A stretch of DNA of 64,000 nt from a bacterium (GCA_021829835.1 JAKBPE010000003.1:3427-67426); one strand, 5' to 3'. Counted from the stretch's first letter, positions 10,429 through 20,199 are shown. The notes: generated by a model from the letters alone, not told the origin. Translations and numbers: made by a program.

Positions 10429-10782
10429 ATGGTTAACACCATTTCAAAAAAATCAAAAGATGAAGATGATATCTGGCTTATAAGAAAGCTGCTAAGCAAG
10501 CCAAACTACGCTGTACTTAAATTGCTCATGGTGAAGTCACCCAGAACTACAAGGGAGCTGTATACGATGTTGGGCAAGAGCTTTACTAGGAAGACACTTA
10601 TTCTGACTTTAAGGAACCTGTCTATGCACCTGAATGTACTCCAGCCTACACACATAAGGACTGAGAGAGGCTATGATCTCGGGTATAACATAAATCCGAA
10701 GATGAAGGAAGTCATAAAGGTATTCCAGAAGCAGGAAAAAATAGCCGAATCCATAACGGAGGCCAAGCCTGGAGGCCAGTAA
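10429..10782 (+). CDS. Putative winged-helix transcriptional regulator
   Basis: Basic 117-aa protein with ArsR/HxlR-like helix-turn-helix-wing pattern; divergent from the pilus operon. Confidence 0.55.
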   Translation: MVNTISKKSKDEDDIWLIRKLLSKPNYAVLKLLMVKSPRTTRELYTMLGKSFTRKTLILTLRNLSMHLNVLQPTHIRTERGYDLGYNINPKMKEVIKVFQKQEKIAESITEAKPGGQ

Positions 10783-10942
10783 TTTGTTAAAAGTATGCAC
10801 GTGAACGCTTAGGAATTAAAAAATCCAGGTTTTTGTGCATATTCCCGTTTTGCGATAGATTTATAAAGCAGATTAACGTAATTAATATTACGTAGTAAAG
10901 CATGGCTGAAAAGCACAGCTGATCCTACAGAGGAAAAATAGA

Positions 10943-11212
10943 ATGAACGGAGAATTTGGAGGAGACTCCAGACCAGACAGAGAAGACAGAAGAGAAGGAC
11001 CAGGAATGAAACCTAACTATTTCCTGCCTAAGCCCGTAAAGGTCGGTGATGAGCTTGACCTTACAATAGAGGCTGTTGCTTCGAAAGGAGACGGAATAGC
11101 AAAGAAAGACGGATACGTTATCTTTGTTTCCGGAGCAAAACAGGGAGACACAGTAAAGGCCAAGATTACCGAAGTAAGGGCAAGATTTGCTATAGCAGAA
11201 TTAGTGGCATGA
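10943..11212 (+). CDS. Stand-alone TRAM-domain RNA-binding protein
   Basis: PVKVGDELDLTIE..GDGIAK..GYVIFV.GA..GD.V TRAM signature; TATA TTTATAAA near 10860; T-rich tract downstream. Confidence 0.92.
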   Translation: MNGEFGGDSRPDREDRREGPGMKPNYFLPKPVKVGDELDLTIEAVASKGDGIAKKDGYVIFVSGAKQGDTVKAKITEVRARFAIAELVA

Positions 11213-11329
11213 ATAATTTCATGCGCCCCTTAAGGTAAAACAGTTTAATTTTAATATTTATTTTCTTATTTTATTGCAGTTCTTATTTTAGTATATTGAT
11301 TTGGATCGGGTATTCGGAATTCTGTAGTC

Positions 11330-12322
11330 TTATGATTTTGATCTTGAACTCAGGTTTTCAAATTTGATTGAGTTCTGGTATAAGTATTCAAACCTTGACT
11401 TTGAGTCTTTTGTATTTATCCTTGTAATATGTTCGCTTTTTTTATTTATTATATTAAACGGAGGTATTTTGTATGAACCGTTGTCATCAAAAATAAAGCG
11501 TTCGTGTTGTGCAGTTGCATCAGCTTCTGCCATTATTTTCACTTCGAAATTTATGCCGATGTTCTTGAACTCTTCCTTCAGGTCATAATAATTCTGCCCG
11601 AATTTTGAATCCAGCATCGATTCAGATGTCAGCACTTTTATTGATTTTATCTTTGGATTGTCAGTAGAGATTAGGCGGTATAGGTTGTAAAGCGCTATGG
11701 AGTTGAAATGTTTGTCTACAATGCCTATCTCTCCTTGAAGCTTTTCGAATAACGTATTTTTCAATTGAACTATGTTGCCAAATGGAGTAAGCGGATTTAT
11801 TGATATGTTTCCAGATAGCTTCCTTGATGATTCATATTTGCGGAGACCATATTCTAGATATATGTCAAAGAACAGAGAGAGGAATATTGAGGCATATGTA
11901 AGATATGAGTCAAAACTTGATATCCTGACAACTGCGGTTGCCCTCATTATTAGAAGCATTGAAAGGTATACTATTGCAAGCATCATATGAACGGGAACAT
12001 GGCGCCTTATGTATGATCCGTATCTGCTGTTTTTGTGGGTTAGAAGAGAGAATGCCATTAGCGACATTATGAATCCTATGCCAGTCATAAAGACGGATTC
12101 AAGCACCATTTGGTAAGTACTCTGTATTTGTGAAGTTATAGTGCTAAGAACAGGTATAACGCTTATATTGTACGCACTGCTTTCTAGCAATGCGCCGGCG
12201 CCTACCCCGTATTGAACCGAAAACTGCTCTATTGCGAAAATTCCGTTTGCCAGAAGTACGACTGAAAACGCCAGAAGGAGTATTGCAATTGTTTTGTCTT
12301 CATATACATATAACGGATCCAT
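11330..12322 (-). CDS. Membrane protein with C-terminal PLD-like domain
   Basis: About 4 TM helices, then IVDKHF...HERFIFDD, resembling the IxDxYF/HDRF PLD-like fold. Confidence 0.5.
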   Translation of the reverse strand: MDPLYVYEDKTIAILLLAFSVVLLANGIFAIEQFSVQYGVGAGALLESSAYNISVIPVLSTITSQIQSTYQMVLESVFMTGIGFIMSLMAFSLLTHKNSRYGSYIRRHVPVHMMLAIVYLSMLLIMRATAVVRISSFDSYLTYASIFLSLFFDIYLEYGLRKYESSRKLSGNISINPLTPFGNIVQLKNTLFEKLQGEIGIVDKHFNSIALYNLYRLISTDNPKIKSIKVLTSESMLDSKFGQNYYDLKEEFKNIGINFEVKIMAEADATAQHERFIFDDNGSYKIPPFNIINKKSEHITRINTKDSKSRFEYLYQNSIKFENLSSRSKS

Positions 12323-12365
12323 AAGGATAATTATCCATTAAGCTATAAAATCCCACAGGGGAAGG

Positions 12366-13007
12366 TTATCTTTTCAGATTGCGCATTATCTTTTCGAGGA
12401 GGGAAAACTGTCTTGTAGTTATAACAGGTTTCATTGAAGTTATTTCTTCTGCAAGTCTGCCTGCAAGATCTAGACGTTCCTGCCTTTCAGGAGATATTCT
12501 TGGTTTCTCCATGTATATAGATATAGGAGCTTTTGTAGTCGAAGGAAGGCTTGCATGTATTTCCATAAAAGCATCGCTTCCTTCTCTGAAGATATTATCC
12601 CTGCCTTCATCATATATTCCCACTTGCAAAGGAGATCTGCCATTAAAAAAGCGCACTCTCTTGGTAAAATCGTATGCCAACCAATCTTTTTCGTTGGATA
12701 TATGTTTGAATCGCTTACTTGGCTCTGCAGTGTAGTCTACAATAAACAACCCTTCTTCCTTGTTTTCCGTTAGGGATGCGTTCTCGATAGGAAGTGCATA
12801 GAACCATATATTCCCGTATGTTTTGTATCTCTTTGTATTTTTTAGCTGTTTTATGATTTGGGGTTCCAGTACTCTGTGCAGTTCGCCAAAAGTCAGAAGC
12901 TGGAAAAGTTCTCTGGATTCATTGAATGTTCTGTTTCCGAGAGAGACCCTGACAGGTTGCAATTTATTGTCAGGAAGGCTTGTTCTCAAAGTTTGCATGT
13001 AATCCAT
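12366..13007 (-). CDS. Hypothetical protein
   Basis: 213-aa ORF immediately downstream of tRNA-Gly. Confidence 0.65.
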   Translation of the reverse strand: MDYMQTLRTSLPDNKLQPVRVSLGNRTFNESRELFQLLTFGELHRVLEPQIIKQLKNTKRYKTYGNIWFYALPIENASLTENKEEGLFIVDYTAEPSKRFKHISNEKDWLAYDFTKRVRFFNGRSPLQVGIYDEGRDNIFREGSDAFMEIHASLPSTTKAPISIYMEKPRISPERQERLDLAGRLAEEITSMKPVITTRQFSLLEKIMRNLKR

Positions 13008-13041
13008 CAATTTATCAGAAGACTATTGCATTTTTAGAAGA

Positions 13042-13114
13042 TGCGAATGCCGGGATTTGAACCCGGGCTCCTGCCTTGGCAAGGCAATGTCCTACCAGGC
13101 TAGACTACATTCGC
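13042..13114 (-). tRNA. tRNA-Gly(GCC)
   Basis: Reverse complement GCGAATG...TTGCC-TT-GCC-AA-GGCAG...GTTCAAATC...CATTCGCA folds as a cloverleaf; no intron, no encoded CCA. Confidence 0.97.
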
Positions 13115-13257
13115 ATTGATTTCAGATTGATATGCAGATTCATCCATAAAAACCTTTTGCAAAGAGCAGCTTTGCATATTATTATGCCGAAATATTGCTA
13201 GATAGGTTATTGCTTACAATTACGGCAACTTCAAAATTCTTGCTCTGATTGAAGCAA

Positions 13258-15450
13258 TTATTCCAGGAACTGCTGTGGTGTTGGAGGCTCCGGTGGAATT
13301 CCCTTTCTTGTCCTTATCTCCCTGACAACCTTGTCTTTCAACTCCTTAGGAAGCTTTTCGTAGCCCGCATATTCAGGATACCATATGGCCCTGCCTGCTG
13401 TCAGGCTTCTTATCTCGTTAGAAAAGCCTTTTATGACTTCAGCGACAGGCATCTTTGCTATGACAGTAGCCTGTTCGGCTTCCTGTTGTATGTCGACTAT
13501 CTGCCCACGCTTGCCTCCTACAAATGTTATTATGTCTGAAAGATACTCCTGAGGTATGTTTATGGTGAACTTCTGCTTAGGCTCAAGAAGATCTACGCCT
13601 GCAAATAACATTCCCGCATAGATAGGTCTGCGCATGGCAGGTATTATCTGTGCCGGACCCCTGTGAACAGGATCCTCATGTATTGTGGCATCGGTTATAA
13701 GCACCTTTATTCCTGTGCATTTTTCCCTTGCAAGAGGCCCGTCTTTCATTGCTTCCTCAAATCCTTCTATCAGAAGTTCCATAACTTCATCAAGATACTG
13801 TACTCCCTTTGTTGCATCTATAAGGACATTAGTATCTGCAATATCAACTATGCCTTTTGCTTCGTCTCTTGACATTCCTCCTTTTATGAAATCATCTACA
13901 TAGGCTTTGCCTTTGGGCTTGCCTGGTTTTATATCCCCTGATTCTATAAGGGCTATAACTCCCTGCTCGAGAGGCATTACATTTACATAGAAACGGGAAT
14001 GCTTGTTTGGGGATTTGCCTTCTATGTCCTTTACGGTTTTTTCTATAGTTTCCTTGTATACGACTATTGGCTCGCTTGTAGTTATATTTATCTTGTGCTC
14101 GTTTCGTAATTTAGTCTCTATTACTTCAAGATGAAGCTCTCCCATTCCGCTTACTAGATGCTCTCCTGTCTCCTGGTTGAGCTCTACGCGTATGGTCTGG
14201 TCTTCCTTTGATAGGCCTCGAAGAGCTTCTATAAGTTTCATAAGGTCTCTGGAGTCCTTGGCTTCTATGGCCTTGGTTACTACAGGCTGTGAATAATGTT
14301 TTATTAGCTCGAATGGAGTTATGTTGTTCTCGCTTGCGGTGTCTCCTATTGAAACATTTTTCAATCCGACGAGGCCTGCGATGTTTCCTGCAGATATCTC
14401 ATCCACGATTACTCTTTCTGGGCCCATGAATATGTTTACCTGCTGCAACTTTTGCAGATTTGGATTTCCGGTAACATAGAGTTCTGTTCCCTTTTTTACC
14501 ACTCCGGAGAATACTCTGCCTATGGCAACTTCGCCGCTGTGAGGGTCGTTTGTTATTCCGAATATTACCATGTTTACCTTTGCTTTGGGATCTACACTTA
14601 TCATGGCCTTCCCATCTTCGGTTTCAGCATCTCCGTGCCATAATTTTGGTATTCTGTATGGCTGTGCGACTGAAGGATCTGGAAGGTGCTCTATTATCAT
14701 TGAGAGGGTAGCCTCGTCTATAGGTGCGACCTCTTGAAGCTTGGCAAGATCCCCTTTCTCGCTTAGGGTGAATATGTCCTTGAATGTAACCTTGTATTTA
14801 TTCATTATCTGGGAGGAGATTGCCCATTTGTCATATGCTGAACCGAAGCAGACACTGCCGTCTCCAACTTTCAGTATCCATTTTTCACGGAATTCCTCCG
14901 GAGCATATCGTCTTATCATGGTATTTATATCATTTATAAGCTTGAGAAGGCGCTCCATTGTCTGTTCCTGAGTTAGTCTTAACTCGGTAAGAAGCCTGTC
15001 TGTCTTATTTACGAAAAGAACTGGCTTTGCCCTTTCCTGAAGAGCCTGCCTCAGCACAGTCTCTGTCTGCGGCATTATTCCCTCTACAGGATCAACAACA
15101 AGTACGACTCCGTCTACAGCCCTCATTGCTCTTGTGACGTGGCCTCCAAAATCCACGTGGCCCGGAGTGTCTATGAGATTTATGATGTGATCTACACCGT
15201 TATACGGGAATGCCAGTGATATGTCTGCAGATTTGATTGTCATTCTCCTGTCTTTTTCTATCTGCTCGTAGTTGGTATATAAGGCATCTCCGGCTACTGA
15301 TTTTGAGATTATTCCGGCTTTAGCCAGAAGGGAATCGGTAAGTGTAGTCTTTCCGTGGTGTACGTGAGCTATTATGGCAACGTTCCTGACTTTATTTATG
15401 TCCTTCATAATTCTTGCTACTTCGTCAGCTACAAATTCCTTCCTTACCAA
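13258..15450 (-). CDS. fusA: Translation elongation factor aEF-2
   Basis: G-domain motifs AHVHHGKT, DTPGHVDF, NKTD; GMGELHLE; diphthamide loop HEDPVHRG; TTG start after AGGTGA. Confidence 0.98.
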   Translation of the reverse strand: MVRKEFVADEVARIMKDINKVRNVAIIAHVHHGKTTLTDSLLAKAGIISKSVAGDALYTNYEQIEKDRRMTIKSADISLAFPYNGVDHIINLIDTPGHVDFGGHVTRAMRAVDGVVLVVDPVEGIMPQTETVLRQALQERAKPVLFVNKTDRLLTELRLTQEQTMERLLKLINDINTMIRRYAPEEFREKWILKVGDGSVCFGSAYDKWAISSQIMNKYKVTFKDIFTLSEKGDLAKLQEVAPIDEATLSMIIEHLPDPSVAQPYRIPKLWHGDAETEDGKAMISVDPKAKVNMVIFGITNDPHSGEVAIGRVFSGVVKKGTELYVTGNPNLQKLQQVNIFMGPERVIVDEISAGNIAGLVGLKNVSIGDTASENNITPFELIKHYSQPVVTKAIEAKDSRDLMKLIEALRGLSKEDQTIRVELNQETGEHLVSGMGELHLEVIETKLRNEHKINITTSEPIVVYKETIEKTVKDIEGKSPNKHSRFYVNVMPLEQGVIALIESGDIKPGKPKGKAYVDDFIKGGMSRDEAKGIVDIADTNVLIDATKGVQYLDEVMELLIEGFEEAMKDGPLAREKCTGIKVLITDATIHEDPVHRGPAQIIPAMRRPIYAGMLFAGVDLLEPKQKFTINIPQEYLSDIITFVGGKRGQIVDIQQEAEQATVIAKMPVAEVIKGFSNEIRSLTAGRAIWYPEYAGYEKLPKELKDKVVREIRTRKGIPPEPPTPQQFLE

Positions 15451-15454
15451 AAAC

Positions 15455-16336
15455 TCACCTTGCCCTCCTTGCTATCCTTTCGGATTCGACTCTCTTCTTT
15501 ATCGCATAGCTTTCAGGAAGGTTCTGTGATGCTGTTGACAACTCGTCAGCAAGTGCTTCGGAGAGGCTTTTTTTCTTCTTGAATGCACCTATAAGTGCAG
15601 CAAGCGCAATATTCTTCAATGCCACATCCACTCTTCTGTTTGCGCTTATGCCTACAGCCACATTGTAGGATATCCCGCCATATCTTACCCTAGTAGTATC
15701 TTCTATGGGTGCAGAATTTTGGAGTGCGTCAATAAAAACCTGTACAGGATTCTTTCCGGTCTTCTTGTGTATTATAGAGAATGAATTCTCCACAATGTGA
15801 AGTACCTTGAGCTTCTTTCCCTGAAGGCGGCCGTTGGTCCTTATAACCTTTCCACCTACCTTCTTGCCTGTTCCTCCACGCATTAACTTGTTTATAAGCC
15901 TCTCTATTATGCTTATATGTGAATCATAATATGACTTCCTGCGCCTTCTTCCGAATATGTTTGGGTATGCCTGCATGTTGAACTTTACATATCCTAACAT
16001 GCTTGGATCGGTTATCACTACATCCTTTATAGGATACTTGCCGAAAAGCATTACATTTTCGCTGTCCAGTTCAAGATCTGCCGCAGTATGGATCTTTGGT
16101 GGGGTTTTGTATACAGGCTCCTTCTTCTCTTCTAAGTTTGGCTCTTCTGATTTTGTTTCCTGAGTATCCTTTGCTGCGGACTTGTGGACTGCTTCATTGG
16201 ATGCATGTTGAGGTACTGTTTCAGATTCGGATTTTGTAGATTTTTCCTTTCTTCTCTGAGGCTTTGAAGCATTTGCATTCTTTATACTCTCATCTGCTTG
16301 AGCTTCAACGATTGGTTTATTTGTATCTTCTGGCAT
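15455..16336 (-). CDS. rps7: 30S ribosomal protein S7 (uS7) with long N-terminal extension
   Basis: IERLINKL, NPVQVFIDALQNSAP, YAIKKR; about 90 extra charged residues before the conserved core. Confidence 0.96.
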   Translation of the reverse strand: MPEDTNKPIVEAQADESIKNANASKPQRRKEKSTKSESETVPQHASNEAVHKSAAKDTQETKSEEPNLEEKKEPVYKTPPKIHTAADLELDSENVMLFGKYPIKDVVITDPSMLGYVKFNMQAYPNIFGRRRRKSYYDSHISIIERLINKLMRGGTGKKVGGKVIRTNGRLQGKKLKVLHIVENSFSIIHKKTGKNPVQVFIDALQNSAPIEDTTRVRYGGISYNVAVGISANRRVDVALKNIALAALIGAFKKKKSLSEALADELSTASQNLPESYAIKKRVESERIARRAR

Positions 16337-16342
16337 AAATCA

Positions 16343-16771
16343 CTACCTCTTAGGTTTCTCCTTCCTGCCTTTCACGACTTCGAAGAGATCTGCTCCGTTT
16401 ACCATTACTACCCTGTATCTAAGCCCTGGAATGCTTCCCATCTGGCCTCTTTGTGAGCCTCCCATGCCCTGGATTGTTACCTCGTCGTGCTCTTCTATTA
16501 CATTTATTGAACCGTCGTAAGGCACATATGCGCCTACTATCTTGCCGTTCTTTATGAGTTGTACTCTTACACATTTTATTAGACCCGAGTGTGGCTGCTT
16601 CTGCTGAAGTACGAACTTTTGGAGGACTAGGGCCTTTGCCATTGGAACTGGACCTACAGGATCAAACTTCTTTTTAAGGCCGAAATACTTACGCTTCCAG
16701 GCTTTATTTAAAAGCCTCTGCTTCTTTCTCTTCCTTATCAATTCCTTTGCAGCAAATTCTCCGTTAGGCAA
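16343..16771 (-). CDS. rps12: 30S ribosomal protein S12 (uS12)
   Basis: KQPHSG..KCVRVQLIKNGK, IPGLRY; probable TTG start at 16771 giving 142 aa. Confidence 0.96.
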   Translation of the reverse strand: MPNGEFAAKELIRKRKKQRLLNKAWKRKYFGLKKKFDPVGPVPMAKALVLQKFVLQQKQPHSGLIKCVRVQLIKNGKIVGAYVPYDGSINVIEEHDEVTIQGMGGSQRGQMGSIPGLRYRVVMVNGADLFEVVKGRKEKPKR

Positions 16772-16779
16772 TAAATCAT

Positions 16780-17079
16780 CTAGTAATTCTCTTTTAATAT
16801 GTTGGAATTTCCTGGAGAGAGCACTGCGAGGGCGTTTACTGAAAATGGTTTTCCGCATACTGTGCCGAGCTCAAGTGAATTTCCTGAAAACTTAAGCAGT
16901 TTTATCTGTGCTACTGAGCACATATGTATTATATCTTCTATTATCTCCTTCTTTCCTCTGGAAGATATGATGACAGCCTGTACGCTTGAATCGTTTATGG
17001 CACGTATAACTGATTTGTTGCCTATCACAACCTTGCCTGTGTCCACGGCTAAACGTATATCATTGTTAATATCCGATAT
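16780..17079 (-). CDS. rpl30e: 50S ribosomal protein L30e
   Basis: IRLAVDTGKVVIG, LELGTVCGKPF, PGNSNIL; start uncertain (ATA at 17079 or TTG at 17103). Confidence 0.93.
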   Translation of the reverse strand: MSDINNDIRLAVDTGKVVIGNKSVIRAINDSSVQAVIISSRGKKEIIEDIIHMCSVAQIKLLKFSGNSLELGTVCGKPFSVNALAVLSPGNSNILKENY

Positions 17080-17237
17080 AAAATCACACTTTACTGATTT
17101 CAAAAGAATGCAGAAGCATCCGAATTGTAAGTATATTCTGTACAAAAAAGTATTTAAGCGCTATTGTTGTTATCCAGAAGGCAAGTCTGCTTAGTTTTAT
17201 TTTGGAAAAGAGTTTAACAGGTTGTTAAATAGCATAT

Positions 17238-17666
17238 TCATACATGCTTCTGCTTCACGTGCGGCCTTAAACCTATTACTTCTATTGCATCTGTCATCGA
17301 TATCACATCTCCTACTTTATGCGGTTTTGCAGCGCGTATGTATAGCATTTCGTCAGGATTGCGTTTATAGAGCTCGTTAAGCCTGTCATAAAGCCGGTTA
17401 AGCAGAGGAAAGCCGGTTTTATGACAGGAGCCTGAGTATACCACGCCTCTCGCCGCATTTGATAGTGATACGCTTCGTTCCCTGTCCTGCAGTTCCCTTA
17501 CTGTTTCTTCAATAAGAGAGCAGGTATCCGCTTCCTTCTTACCCATGATTAGCACAGAATATATGAAAGGGAAGCGTTGAGGGCTTGGAGAGGCTTCACT
17601 GTGCCTGCCAATTACATAATATACAATATCAGCATCTGTTTGAGGTGTAGTGCCGGAAGCATTCAT
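17238..17666 (-). CDS. Hypothetical protein
   Basis: 142-aa ORF with upstream TATA-like element; no recognised motif. Confidence 0.55.
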   Translation of the reverse strand: MNASGTTPQTDADIVYYVIGRHSEASPSPQRFPFIYSVLIMGKKEADTCSLIEETVRELQDRERSVSLSNAARGVVYSGSCHKTGFPLLNRLYDRLNELYKRNPDEMLYIRAAKPHKVGDVISMTDAIEVIGLRPHVKQKHV

Positions 17667-17938
17667 GGAATCCGGAATTGTATAGGATCAGTTCAATATA
17701 AAAATATTTTGAAGTTGTCTTGAAGTAACAATATGGAAGAAAGGTTTTTATCTTTTTAAGAGTATAAATTTGATATTCCTTCTTAGCTGCAGGAAAGATA
17801 TCCTGGAAGGTTTAGCATTACTCTTTCTTGGAAATTGCTTAACTTGCGAGGAAATCGCACTATATGCTGGCTTCAATATTCGATGGGAAAAGCGCTGCGG
17901 ATTTTTTCTTCCTATGGCATATTAAAGCGTTTATTATG

Positions 17939-18745
17939 TCATAGATTTGCCCTGAAAAAATCCAGAAGCATAACCCATGCCTCATCTGCAGCCTTTTTGT
18001 TATATGTCTGAGGCCTTGTGTCATTGAAGAATGCGTGGTGTGCCCCTGGAAATACCTTTAGCGTAAATGGCTTTTTATACTCAACCATGGCTTTTACAAG
18101 ATCACCCAGCCCTGAGTTTATGCGATGGTCTTCTCCGCCATATAGGCCCATTATGGCTCCTTTTACGTTTTTTATCTTGTCTATAGGGCTGGGATTTTCC
18201 CCGTAGAATATGACACATGCATCTGTCTTTCCCGTACATCCTAGATTTATTGACATGCCTCCTCCGAAACAGAAGCCTGCGCTGCCAATCTTTCCATTTA
18301 CATTTTCCAGAGAGTTTAAATAGTCGGCACCGCTTGAGAGATATTCTGTGAGTAGGTCTACAGGCCTGTTTACGAATAGGATCTGGTTTGTATTGTTAAC
18401 GGCTTCCTTTTCTGAAGGTTCTAGCTTTGAGAGCATCTCTTCCCTATATTTGGGATCTCGCTGTTTGTCTACAGGTATTGACATCATAAATTTCATTGTG
18501 GATGAGATGTTGGATGGAGTAAGCACACTTGAGAGTCTTCTGCTTGAAAAGAGATGTGGGGCAAGGACAACATATCCTTCCGCTGCAAGCCTGTCTGCAA
18601 CCTTTTTAGTATGGTCATCAAGCCCGAAAATCTCATGTATTAGTACTATGCCCGGGTATTTTCCATTGTCTTCAGGATATGCAAGATGTGCTGATATAGA
18701 ATCTTCTGCAGTCTTATAGGTTACATTTTCGGATTTTATCTTCAT
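17939..18745 (-). CDS. Dienelactone hydrolase family protein
   Basis: HEIFGL, nucleophile motif GFCFGG, GAHHAF. Confidence 0.93.
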   Translation of the reverse strand: MKIKSENVTYKTAEDSISAHLAYPEDNGKYPGIVLIHEIFGLDDHTKKVADRLAAEGYVVLAPHLFSSRRLSSVLTPSNISSTMKFMMSIPVDKQRDPKYREEMLSKLEPSEKEAVNNTNQILFVNRPVDLLTEYLSSGADYLNSLENVNGKIGSAGFCFGGGMSINLGCTGKTDACVIFYGENPSPIDKIKNVKGAIMGLYGGEDHRINSGLGDLVKAMVEYKKPFTLKVFPGAHHAFFNDTRPQTYNKKAADEAWVMLLDFFRANL

Positions 18746-18850
18746 TTTATTACCTAATTGATATTACCGGCAAAAAATATATTGCCTTAGTTTCAGTTAG
18801 GTTTGGCCTTCTGCTGCTGGAAAAAATTAATTAAAGTGCTGTATGCCTCT

Positions 18851-19936
18851 TTATTTTATCAGGTAGAATATTTCAAGTATTATTTCGACGATTATGAGCA
18901 CTATGACTATGCGTTCTAGGAATGCTTCATGCCAGAATGCCTCGATGTCTGAGATATATTTTCGTTCGTTGTCTATCGCTTCCAGATCTTTTTCTATAGA
19001 GCTCTTGAGCACATCAAGCTTGAATACATTGGAAAATAGCGAATACACTCTTGAAAGATACCATTCGCCTAGGCCGAAGACAGTGTCATTTACATTATTT
19101 ATTACGGTGCGTGTATTGTCATAGACGCTGCCCAGGGATCTGTTCATTTTTGCCATTTCGGAGTTTTTCATGCGCATGATTCCGGAATCCAATGAGTTAA
19201 GGACAGAACTGGATGATTCTAGCTTGACAGTGAGCATCTGGTGATATATTCGCATTTCTAGCAGTTGCAGATTGGATATCTCGGCTATTAGAAGCTCATG
19301 CTCGTAGGAATTTTCTTTGTCTATCATCACCGCGCCTTCCCATCCGACGAAAAGGACATTGCTTGAATTGTAAGAGATGTTTTTGCCGAGTATGTAGTCT
19401 ATATATTCTGACTCTAAGGTATCCGCATGTACCTCGTCTATAAGCAAACCGGATATAAGCTTCTTTGATTTTAAAAGAATGTTCGATTTGTCACCTTCTA
19501 AATAGTAGAATTTATAGGTTTCGGAGATCTGATTTATGTTTATTTCCTTCTTTTTTGATAGAGCAGACGACACTTTTTTCTTTGTCTTGGATACTACTGC
19601 GTTGATGATGTCGTTTATCTCTTTATTGAAAGTCATCTTTGAGATAGTATCATTATTCCAATTTGCTATGGGATATCTTACCCTTATTGAGAATCCTCCG
19701 AATGGATATATAGCTACCTGCACTTTGAAATGGTATTCGGTGTTGCCTATTTTTTCCGTTTCTTCTTTGAGGTTGAATATGGAAGGAATGTTGAATGTTG
19801 CTATCTCTTCAGGCTCTGGTTTTGAGAATTCGTATTTTGAGAAGTCTTCAGGATTTTTAAGAAGGCCTGAAAGCTGGTCTTCGGTAAACCTGACTCCTGA
19901 GTCATACATAAACAAGTAGATTATTTCGCTGTTCAT
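18851..19936 (-). CDS. RMD1/DUF155-like protein with C-terminal TM helix
   Basis: Alpha/beta N-terminus, long helical region, LERIVIVLIIVEI C-terminal helix. Confidence 0.55.
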   Translation of the reverse strand: MNSEIIYLFMYDSGVRFTEDQLSGLLKNPEDFSKYEFSKPEPEEIATFNIPSIFNLKEETEKIGNTEYHFKVQVAIYPFGGFSIRVRYPIANWNNDTISKMTFNKEINDIINAVVSKTKKKVSSALSKKKEININQISETYKFYYLEGDKSNILLKSKKLISGLLIDEVHADTLESEYIDYILGKNISYNSSNVLFVGWEGAVMIDKENSYEHELLIAEISNLQLLEMRIYHQMLTVKLESSSSVLNSLDSGIMRMKNSEMAKMNRSLGSVYDNTRTVINNVNDTVFGLGEWYLSRVYSLFSNVFKLDVLKSSIEKDLEAIDNERKYISDIEAFWHEAFLERIVIVLIIVEIILEIFYLIK

Positions 19937-20199
19937 AAAGATATCAGAGCCATATTGGCACAATAACATCTATACTTTGAATAATAAGAACCTTACGCAT
20001 TCATAGTATGTTGATATCTGCATCTGGGACTTTTAGGATTTGATTGCCGGTTCACCGGATTTACTTCTTTCGTTTTATGTTCGCTTCTTAAATGATATCT
20101 GCTTCTACCTAGTAATATGTGATTTGCAGTTCACTTTGCCAGATTTATAGCTTATATGAGTTAACAAGCCGACTTTTACCTTTTATAATGGATGCTGTC

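Noticed and set aside
16772-16858. N-terminal extension of S12 in the ORF track
   Set aside because: Overlaps L30e; the TTG at 16771 gives the normal length
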